64,000 nucleotides of DNA from Oopsacas minuta (lineage: Eukaryota; Animalia; Porifera): NCBI GenBank assembly GCA_024704765.1, contig JAKMXF010000343.1, forward strand, positions 1-64,000. The letters run 5' to 3'. This document shows, in pieces, positions 55,101-64,000 of this stretch. The notes below the pieces were generated by a model. That model saw only the letters and a list, made by a program, of their open reading frames with translations. It made no database searches and was not told where the DNA came from. The translations under genes and the position numbers were made by a program. Position 1 is the first letter of the stretch, and the number at the start of each line of letters is the position of its first letter.

Positions 55101-56327
55101 GGGCAATCCGGTGACTTAGAATGGGAAACAGTTACATGCACGAAATTACCAATATCGAACTCAACACACACTTTTTGCAACTGCACTCACTTGACAAGTT
55201 TCGCTATCCTCATGAGCCCTGACCCGTATTATTCCAGCGGTACTGGCATGTCCATATTCAGTTATTTTAGCCTCGCTGTGTCGATCATTTTCCTGATTAT
55301 ATCCCTTGCTCTTCATTTCATGAAATTGGCTATAACTGAAGCAGTGCTATTCGTACATAGAAATTTGATATTTTCTATTCTCTTATCGCAAGTGATTTTC
55401 GTGTTTGGCATAGAACGGAATGAGATAGAAACTTTATGTTTGATAATCGCAGCTCTCTTGCATTACATTCTACTCGTTTCGTTTCTATGGATGCTAATTG
55501 AGGCATTAAATGCACTAATTTTAATCAAAAGACCTTTTACTAATCAACTTTGGCTGAAAATCTTCTATGCTTGTATCGCATACTTCACTCCGTTGGTTGT
55601 AGTATCAGCGACTTTAGGGGTGTCTATATGCGATTATGGTCACTACCCGATGGCCAGCGGCGGAATAGTTCAAGGATCGGCTACTAATTGTTGGCTGCCG
55701 CGAAGAAACGGTCGGTACTGGGCATTTATTGGCCCTGCACTTTTGATAATCGCTGTAAACTGTATTCTGCTTTTCGCGATTTTAACGATCATAATAAGAT
55801 TACATTTTAAGCGTAGACAAATGCGTGCTGCGTCTATAAAATCATCACAAACAGAAACATTAGTAAAGGGCCTTGCCAGCGCAGTGCGTGCTACTATTTT
55901 GATGGTCCCTGTCCTTGGCATAACTTGGATTTTCGGTATATTTGCCCTGAATTCTATTAACGTTGTTGTATCACAAGTTTCTCAATGGCTTTTCCTTGTG
56001 TTTAACTGCTATCAGGGCGTATTTATTTTCATATTTTATTGTCTTATGAATGAAGAAGTACGAGCGAAATTTCAACTATTAATTTTGGAGAAAATTTTAA
56101 GAAAACGGACTAATCAGGACGATTTGAAAGAATACGGTTTCTTCCTGATAGCCAGAGGTGGAAGCTTGTCTCGCTCTCCGATCCTGAACAGGAGAAGTTC
56201 ACAACTTTCGACGGAGGAAGATTTTAAAACTACTAAACCAAGTATTCGCCTGAATGTTATGAATGTAAGTGGAAATGCTTTCTCATCAGAAAATCCAGAA
56301 GTTCTTTCAAACAATTTCAAATATTGA
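49114..56327 (+). CDS. Giant adhesion GPCR: signal peptide, LRRs + LRRCT, ~33 EGF/cbEGF modules, HormR-like domain, GAIN/GPS, 7TM. Frame broken by a 28-bp deletion at ~50855
   Basis: LRR motifs (LNYLDLSSNSITTI), NPLICDC, 33 EGF modules counted by eye, WPDASS...C...GVWELPDISKC, GPS CNCTHL|TSFAILM and secretin-like 7TM (CWL, FIGP, LGITWIFG, FNCYQGVFIFIFYC). Confidence 0.9.
50701..51615 (+). repeat. Coding tandem array of 8 near-identical 126-bp cbEGF units
   Basis: gatataaacgagtgtgataac anchors at 50701, 50827, 50925, 51051, 51177, 51303, 51429 and 51555. The second unit is 28 bp short. Confidence 0.93.
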
Positions 56328-56679
56328 AGAATTCCCGATTTTATTACTTTTGCGATTTACAATTTATAATAAATATGTTATTAAAACTTTTTATTTTGTA
56401 ATTTGTGTTTTCCTCTTTGTACTGTAACATATGTTGCCTTGTATTTTGATACTTTTCCATGAGTGGTAAATATCTCTTGCATACTTTGGTTGCCATGTTA
56501 CCTCGAATAGTTGCCGGCGTGTTTATTCATATTTTAGCACCCTTGAGCGGGGGACATAATAGATAACTACATACTACATACAGTTTGACCATCCGATGGT
56601 GTTCGTATTAACGAAGTTCCACTGTAATTTATCCTCTATTTACAAGGCTCTGGAATCGGTCAGGCCTATGAGAACCAAA

Positions 56680-56848
56680 TACAGTAGGTCTCCGAATAAC
56701 GGACATTTCGGACATCGCTGCTGTCCGTTTTCAGAAGTTGTCCGCTTCTCGGAGATGCTTAAGTATTACATTTATGATTGCCAATTCATTCCGTTGTAGA
56801 GGGATTGTCCGCTTTTCAGAGTTTCCCTTTTGGGAGACTCCACTGTAC
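56680..56848. mobile_element. Pogo/Tigger-like MITE family C. Related copy at ~60635-60738
   Basis: tacagtaggtctccgaataacggaca...tgtccgcttctcggag...tgggagactccactgta, shared with tacagcagagtctccgaataacgaaca...tgggaactccactata. Confidence 0.65.
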
Positions 56849-56965
56849 ACTGCCTAAAAAGTACTATACCAATTACTGAATACTCCTATTTACTCATAAC
56901 TTGATAAACATACAAACAAATCAAACTCCATACAAACTCCATACAAACTCCATACAAACACCTTA

Positions 56966-57937
56966 TTAATAGCTCTCAGTAGCAAACTCATTCTCTATAA
57001 GCTCAGGAGCTAATTTCCCAGCCAAATCGATCCAATATCTAATCTCCTCCCGCTTCATTTGTACCCATTTATCCTCAGATTTCCGGCATTTGGGGGCCTG
57101 GCTCCAAGTGCGACTGATCAATTTTGTCACCAACCGGTTGTCCACCACCATATCCTCCCGCTCGTGCTCTGAATTAAACAAATATGACGTCAGCACCTCT
57201 TTGAAAGTGTTCCTCATTTTGACACTAAACCTTAGAAAACAATTCGGATTTTTCTTAATTTTTTTCCCAGGAATATTATCCTCGTTATAATCACGGAACG
57301 GTTTCAATGACTCGACGTATTCGTTTCCTTTCCGTGTGGATATTTCTCGTTGTAAGCTCTGCAGGAATTCGGCAGCTGTTGTTAGGATCGCATGTTCTGT
57401 CCATCGACCTTGTCTTGGTTTGATTCCACTCGTTTCTAGAACATATTTCAGCTCTTTTTGGTGATCCTTAAGACCGGCGACTCGCATTCTCTCCTTCCAA
57501 TTTTTCTGTTCTCGGAAGCCCGTGAGCATTTTGCAGAGTTCAGCATTGCATCTTGTTGCTCGATGTAGATGCTTTGTAGCCTCGAGGTTCAAATATTTAC
57601 ATTTACAACGGTGGCGGACGTACGGAGCGCGGCCTGATAACTTCCGGAGATTCTGTTTCCGAAGCGAAATTTTTTCGTCCTCCCGTTTCTCACATTCCGG
57701 CCACAGCCCTTCCATAACAGCCTGGGACAACGCCATGGTCGTACTGTCCTGTTGATGTTGATACAAAACCGGAAATATCAACTCGTTTGGAAACCGGGCC
57801 ATGGGGAGTTTGGGTACCAAGGGTGGCGGTGGAATATTGTGTCCTGCATATGGAATATTTTCAGTCTTAAAAGTAGACATTTCTACTCTACTGAAGTCCA
57901 GCTTAGGCAAGAGAGGTGATAGTTTGTTGAATTTCAT
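56966..57937 (-). CDS. Putative transcription factor combining a divergent bHLH domain and an HMG-box-like domain, intronless
   Basis: KNWKERMRVAGLKDHQKEL...TEHAILTTAAEFLQSLQREI (basic ExxR, helix 1, helix 2), then KIKKNPNCFLRFSVKMRNTFK...DNRLVTKLISRTWSQAP (HMG PNxF..F...R / N..vsk.i...W pattern). Confidence 0.55.
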   Translation of the reverse strand: MKFNKLSPLLPKLDFSRVEMSTFKTENIPYAGHNIPPPPLVPKLPMARFPNELIFPVLYQHQQDSTTMALSQAVMEGLWPECEKREDEKISLRKQNLRKLSGRAPYVRHRCKCKYLNLEATKHLHRATRCNAELCKMLTGFREQKNWKERMRVAGLKDHQKELKYVLETSGIKPRQGRWTEHAILTTAAEFLQSLQREISTRKGNEYVESLKPFRDYNEDNIPGKKIKKNPNCFLRFSVKMRNTFKEVLTSYLFNSEHEREDMVVDNRLVTKLISRTWSQAPKCRKSEDKWVQMKREEIRYWIDLAGKLAPELIENEFATESY

Positions 57938-58458
57938 TGGAATTATAGTTTTGTATTCATATTTTAATTCTTTTATATTTTACTTACGAAATATGTAAAT
58001 TTGAGCGCGCGCTGAAAATCTATTTTAGAACATATTTTGGAGGTTTTCATGATATCTGATTGGTTGAAATCTGTACGTTTGAGTTTTTGTTTTCTTGATT
58101 CTGTGAAACTTTCAAATTCGCCGTTCCCTTTCTTATATTTACACCGTCAGGACGGTTTTATTACCATTGTATAATTATTAATGAATTGTTATTGTGGTGT
58201 TCGCTGATTAATCAGGGAATTGGGATAGGAGTTGCTGACAATTCCCCTAGGTACTAGGGTGCTAGTAACACCTAGCGACCGCCTACCCACGCCCATGAGT
58301 GCCTGTAACATTTGTGTCACAATTACTTGGTATCAACTGTAGTCCGTTTACTTATAACTTAGACAAATTATGTATTATGTATACATGACAATACATTAAT
58401 ATTTCATATTATAGACCGCTATTTTGAATATTATTTGGCGTTGTATATGAAAATAAAT

Positions 58459-58582
58459 TACAGTCAACTCTCCTGATATCTGACATTGTACAAATATGGT
58501 CCCAAACCGTAAAAGTAACATGTAAAGCATCTGTTATGTCAAACTGATTATCGCGGTCTCTTGAGCTTCGATATAACGGAAA
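58459..58582. mobile_element. MITE family A copy (partial), just upstream of CHIC2
   Basis: tacagtcaactc...caaatatggtcccaaaccg...tctcttgagcttcgatataacgga. Confidence 0.7.
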
Positions 58583-58632
58583 TAATATTATTTATTATCG
58601 AATTAGTGTATATTTGTATATTCATATAATTC

Positions 58633-60139
58633 ATGGATGTTGATGATGTAATAAATCCTCTACCCCCATTACCCACTGATCCTGTGTCATATCCACAGAT
58701 ATCCACAGTACCTGATCCAATCAGATTACAGGGTGTTGGTTCTACTACCATGTGAGTTTGTTTGTTTGTTTACTTGTTTGTTTGTTTTCTAGTTTGTTTG
58801 TTTTCTAGTTTGTTTGCTTATTCGTTTGCTTGTTTGTTTATAGATTTGGTCTAAACAATCGTTTCAGTATGGATTACCCTACAGTACTCAATGGAAAGGT
58901 GACAATAATTATCCATATGAATAAACAAACAAACATGTAAACAGCAATCTTGTTTCTAGGTAGCGGAGGAAGAATTCCAGAAGACAGTATACCGAATAAA
59001 TAGAATATTACAGTATGAAATAAGTCAGAATGTAAAGTGGTTATTATGTGGATGTTTCTGTTGTTGCTGTACTCTTGGTATCTCTATGGGACCTGCTATT
59101 ATACTATCCAGGAATGTGAGTACTCTATGCACGCTAGACTCCGGTCACGTGACCAGAAACAGAACCTTAGCTCCAATTAATCTGTCCCAAATAGCATGGT
59201 CCCGAGCGGAGTCTACTGTAACTAATCTATAAGGGATGTACTATACATGGACAATATATGACCTCCGGTTCGTGCGCTCTGTCCTGAGAAATCTACTCCG
59301 ATTTGCATGAAATTAGTGCATGGTTACATTTTGGTGTATAGATATGCACCTCGAGTATAGAATTCTTCTAATTTGAATTTTTCACACATTTTTGATAGTT
59401 GAAGTTAGACAAATCAGATTTGAGGCTTTTGACTCTGTAATTTTTCCTATTTTCACTGTTTTGCTAAGATTTGTATATATTTTGTTAATTCAATTACTCT
59501 TCTCTATTAGACACGGAATAAAGTTCAAAAGGAGTTAAGCTATGAAAATGTCCGTCTGTATCACAAGGTAGTAATACAGTATTAATCCTATTAATTCCTG
59601 ATTTTTATGTTTTTCCATTTACAGATTGGATTACATTGGAAGCTAGAGAAAGAATCTTTAGATGATTCACATTTAAGACATTATGTAAGAAGACAGTCAA
59701 CTCCTATTATATCAAACTACCCGCTTATATAGAAATTTGAATTTGTACAAATATGGTCCCAAACCGTCAAAGTAACTTATATTAAGCGGTTATATCTGAG
59801 TAATTATCACGGTCTCTTGAGTTTAGGTATAACAGGAGTTGACTGTAATTGATTTTGCAATTCCTTATGTGGAAGTCAGTTCCAAGAGAACCTTTTAAAA
59901 TCCATTTTGAATACATACAGCCAACTCCCGTTATATCTAAGCTCAAGGGACCGTGATAATTACTCAGATATAACCGATGATATATATGTTACTTTGACGG
60001 TTTGTGACCATATTTGTGCTTCGATATAAGTGGCAAGCGGGTATTCCGATATAACGGGAGTTGGCTGTATAAATATTACCTCAAATAGGTACTCGTGTTG
60101 GAATTTCTTCCTAAAGAACCAATTCTCTATCCTGATTGA
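58633..60139 (+). CDS. CHIC2: Cysteine-rich hydrophobic domain protein (CHIC1/2). Exons 58633-58751, 58844-58898, 58960-59115, 59511-59567, 59625-59684, 60089-60139
   Basis: Not in the ORF track. Manual splicing at GT-AG sites gives PDPIRLQGVGSTTIFGLNNRF...GKVAEEEF...NVKWLLCGCFCCCCTLG...ENVRLYHKIGLHWKL...YVLVLEFLPKEPILYPD, matching the CHIC2 pattern. Confidence 0.9.
59694..60069. mobile_element. Two MITE family A copies in opposite orientation (59694-59847, 59916-60069) in the last CHIC2 intron
   Basis: Both have CAGYCAACTCC/GGAGTTGRCTG ends. The internal caaatatggtcccaaaccgtcaaagtaac is forward in the first copy and reverse-complemented in the second. Confidence 0.85.
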
Positions 60140-60787
60140 TCTCTGGCTTTTATACTTTTGTCAATAAGCCTATTGGCTTGTCAACTGTCTCAGCCAATCA
60201 TATTCTTCCCCAGGGCAGCAGCAGTTTTATCAACAATCTATTTTTATATTAGTGGAACCTACATGTGTAGTGAACAAAGTTTTATTTCTACTGTGCTATG
60301 CTGATTCGTTTAATGATGTACATTTCAATTCACAATATTATGGGTGTGTAATGGGGAATTAGAATCTGGGTATCTGTGTTGATATCAACGAGTAATATTC
60401 ATAGATAATTTTAATTGAATTGAATTTTTCGTATTTCTTACTTACCAACCCTCACGGTGTCCTTGGATTATCCAGGATCTCACTTCATATTCGGGAAAAT
60501 TATGCTTTATTTCTGGATATTTCGGATGTAATAGGCGGATAGTAGACATCCAGGGATTTGACAATGGAAATCCTTATTCGAGCTATTTATTTTTCACTCC
60601 TTTTCCAGAAGTTCCCCGTTTATGAGGTTACACTATACAGCAGAGTCTCCGAATAACGAACACGTTGGGGATATCGCTTCTGTCCGTTTAAGGAGTTGTC
60701 CGCTTCTCGGAGTGTCCGTTTTGGGAACTCCACTATACTAGAGTATCATATTTGAGTCTACTTTATGTTATACACAAATTAGCACCT

Positions 60788-62345
60788 ATGGCATATAGCA
60801 ACCCGACAGAACCACCAGTAGTAGCATCAGCCCCCTTCTCATCGGGAGGGGGACAAGCTGGTACCCCTGTTGACAAATTATTCCAGGTACCAGCGACACA
60901 CGACCCTCCTCACAACGCCACGACCATGGTGATAGGACGTAAACCATCAGGAGGTACCCCCGGGGGTGGTACACGTGACGCAATGGGTACAGGAAATAAC
61001 TTGAAAGAATACGGTACCCATCAATGGAAGATATTAAAACAGTATGTCAATGAGAAAATAGGAAAAGCGAGTAGGACAGTAGATCAGAGAGTTGATGAAG
61101 AAGTAATTAAGTTGAAAGAGACACAATTAAGGTGTGTTGTTTGTTTGTTTGTTTGTTCGTTTACTTGTTTATTTACTTGTTTACTCCAGGTATAGAGAGA
61201 TTCTCACCCTCAGTAATCAATACTGTACACATCTAGAGAGACTCCTACAAGTACAAAAATCTCTATCAGAGAATTTCTCTCAATTAGCACTTCGTGATCC
61301 AGATTTAAGAATGTTATTTGAATGGAATTGTGAGACACAGAAAGCTTCCTGTAGGCAAGGTAAGTATGAAACTTGTTTCAAGCTCCACATGATGTCCATC
61401 TAAGCATGAGTGCAGGCGGCATTTCATTATCATTACTTTGTGACGTTATCATAATACAAAATGTCCAATTCATGGAAAATTTCAATGATTCTACTTCTAA
61501 ATATGTTAATAAGAGTGTTTAAAGGCGGTTTGTGAGTATACAATCATTACTATTCACCCGTTAGTTAGTAAATATATTGTGTAATTGAATTCCACTGATA
61601 AAATGGTGACAATATTCGTGAATTCCCATTAATAATATGTCATATATATTATTATTTGCAGGAGAACAGCTACTCTTGAGTATAGCTCACTTCTCAAATG
61701 CTCTATACACACTATCTGAAAAGACTATAGAAGACACTAATCAAACTATAAGACAGTATGAAGCTGCTCGTGTATTGTATGATGCTTGTAGAGGAGATTT
61801 GGAGATAGCAGAGCTAGCTCAGACACAAGGGAAGTCTGTTTCTAAATCTAAGTTAGATGCGTTACAGATTGAATTAGAGAAAGCGAGAGAGAAGTTTGAT
61901 AAATTAAAATGTGACGTCACTGTAAAGGCTAAACTACTGGAAGAGAATAGAGTAAGTTATTTATTTATCACACCTTTTTAGTGATTAATCATATTTTCAC
62001 ACCATTGATGTAACACAAAATGATACTAGAAATATCTTTTCAACTGCTAACTAGGAGTAATCGTATCCAGAGTTAGTCTGTGGATTATTTGTTTGTTTGT
62101 TGTTATTTACTCCCTCCCTGCAGCTAAAGGTAATGTCACAACAACTCAGACTTCTCTCAAAAGCCTTCAGTACCTACTACTCCGGCTGCTACACATCAAT
62201 AGAACCGATCTTAGACGCTATGGAACAGAATATGGACGATATGAAACATGCTCGAAATCAATCCCAAATGAGTTTAGCTATTTGGCTGGACACAGTTAAT
62301 AGGAAAACTTCATCCAACAACATAGAAGATACAAACTCAGTCTAA
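60788..62345 (+). CDS. ARFIP: Arfaptin (AH/BAR domain), 4 exons
   Basis: EKIGKASRTVD, NCETQK, KTIEDTNQTIRQYEAARVLYDA, KFDKLKCDVTVKAKLLEENR and KVMSQQL motifs, with GT-AG introns. Confidence 0.88.
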
Positions 62346-63001
62346 CCAATCTCTTCCTTCTATAATATGTAAGGTGTAGTCTAGTTTGATGTACCCCTGA
62401 ATTTCCAAATTTCACATAACTTTATTGATATAAGTTTGTTGTTATGTTTTCTTTCTGTAAGTAAAGAATGTTAGGGATTTGTTTAGGACAATTTTTGCTT
62501 GATAAGCAACTTGTGGAATTGTTGAATCCAAAGTATACAGTGAATTCATCTACAGGACGTAGTACCGATGAAAATGAGAATATTATTACTAATATACTTG
62601 GGGTATAGAATTGCATCAATTAGGGATTCATAATAATAATAAGTATCGTTGCTATGGGCAAGATATACAGGAATGTGCAATATAAGGAGAGGAGAAGAAT
62701 TAAGATTGAACTCATGGATGAGATAGAACCGTTCTATCAATTCCCATTTTTATACCTTAAAATTTTTACAACTTTTTGGAGTGTGTCAGTTACAAATATT
62801 CTTGTTTATATTCTGTATTTAGAAAATTCTACATACTTTTGATGTGTGTTGTTATTTGTTGTCAAATTTGTTTGTTGTTACACTGAGTTAATCAGATCAT
62901 GTCAATTATGACAAAATATCGGTGTGTTTATTGATGTCAAGTTGAGAAGTTTTTTGGATAAAAAGGATGAAAAATGGCAGAACTAAACAAATAAACAAAT
63001 A

Positions 63002-63859
63002 ATGGCGTCACAATTCTACCCTACCAAACCGGTGTTCTTTTCTCTGACAGAATCCTATAAAGTGTCAGAGAGCCACTTCACACCTCGGCTTGACGAATAC
63101 TTCTCAGAGAGATTACGTCATCTGTTGGGGATAGAGACAGCTACACTTGTCCGTAGTGACTACATGGATCTGCAACCAGAACTAAGTCCAGAAGCGAGAC
63201 AAACCCTCTTGAATTGGATCATGAAGGTACACTTTGCTTACCAGTTGTCCCCACAGACTCTCTTCTTATCTGTTCGTCTTCTAGACCGCTTCTTGTCGGT
63301 GGAACAAGTCCAAGTGGAGGAGGTACAGCTGTTGGGAATGTCATGTCTCTTGATTGCCTCTAAGATGGAGGATACTCTCCCTCTCTCCACTCGTGATCTG
63401 TGTCTCTGTGTGGGTGACTACTGCTCAGTTAATGACATCATAATAGCAGAGAGGAACATCCTCTGTGTCCTGGACTACACGACAACTCTACCTTCCTCAC
63501 TCAGCTTCTACGAGATGATGATACAAACCCTCTCTCCTGCCACAAACACAAACTTGTATTTCCTAGCTAGATACTTTCTAGAACTTCTGATCTACGATCA
63601 GACAGGAGCTCTCTCGATTCGTCCGTCTCTCCAAGCAGCGGCCTGCGTGTCTCGTGCTGTGGAGATGACACAGTCGAACGGAGAGAACTGGTGTCCCTCT
63701 GTCTCGTTTGGAGTAACGCCAGAAGAAGTACTCGTGTGTAAGGAACATTTATTGACTGTCTACATGACTGCTATGACTACTAAGAATCACCCAGTTAGAC
63801 TTAAATTCTCCTCTAGTGCTTATCAAGGTATAGCTCTATCTCTTTCTTATACAGTTTAA
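63002..63859 (+). CDS. Short A/B-type cyclin-box protein, intronless
   Basis: RQTLLNWIMKVH...QTLFLSVRLLDRFL...QLLGMSCLLIASKMED...AERNILCVLDY cyclin box, plus a second fold (LARYFLEL...PSLQAAAC). Confidence 0.85.
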   Translation: MASQFYPTKPVFFSLTESYKVSESHFTPRLDEYFSERLRHLLGIETATLVRSDYMDLQPELSPEARQTLLNWIMKVHFAYQLSPQTLFLSVRLLDRFLSVEQVQVEEVQLLGMSCLLIASKMEDTLPLSTRDLCLCVGDYCSVNDIIIAERNILCVLDYTTTLPSSLSFYEMMIQTLSPATNTNLYFLARYFLELLIYDQTGALSIRPSLQAAACVSRAVEMTQSNGENWCPSVSFGVTPEEVLVCKEHLLTVYMTAMTTKNHPVRLKFSSSAYQGIALSLSYTV

Positions 63860-64000
63860 TACACACACACACACGCACACACATTTGTATAGTTTATTGT
63901 ACTGTGCATTATTTGTATATTTGTATTCACAATAATTATATATATTAACGAACATTAATTTATCATATTTTCACACTTTGCACGATTAGTTAATAACCAC

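Noticed and set aside
127-62842. Numerous 60-190-aa ORFs antisense to or overlapping the called genes, or in introns
   Set aside because: They are shadow frames of real exons, repeats or MITEs, with no recognisable motifs.

Overview
This is eukaryotic (animal) genomic DNA, not prokaryotic. It is AT-rich and gene-dense, with short GT-AG introns, many single-exon genes and many small TA-flanked MITE-like repeats in introns. The gene style and the expanded TRAF and NHL families suggest a compact sponge genome such as a glass sponge, but this is inference and was not verified. About 24 protein-coding loci are recognisable. In order: a cluster of four TRAF-like genes (two cut by a single-N gap), H2A.Z-like histone, an uncharacterised type II membrane protein, CYB561D-like, sphingosine kinase, PAIP1-like, MKS1, syntaxin-6 with an NHL-repeat gene nested antisense in its intron, RCBTB-like, a secreted ComEC-like metallo-beta-lactamase-fold protein, a CDK4/6-like kinase with a long N-terminal extension, an Ig/FN3 receptor, mitoguardin, two convergent 7-TM proteins with gustatory-receptor-like (7TMIC) architecture, UBR7, a giant LRR-EGF adhesion GPCR, a bHLH+HMG-box protein, CHIC2, arfaptin and a short cyclin. 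The main candidates for novelty are: (1) a 77-nt minus-strand element at 38421-38497 that folds by hand into the twister self-cleaving ribozyme double pseudoknot, with a compensatory change, next to a second long structured element; (2) the GRL/7TMIC-like pair; (3) the bHLH-HMG chimera; (4) the bacterial-type ComEC-like MBL gene. All calls come from manual reading and motif recall. No database searches were run.
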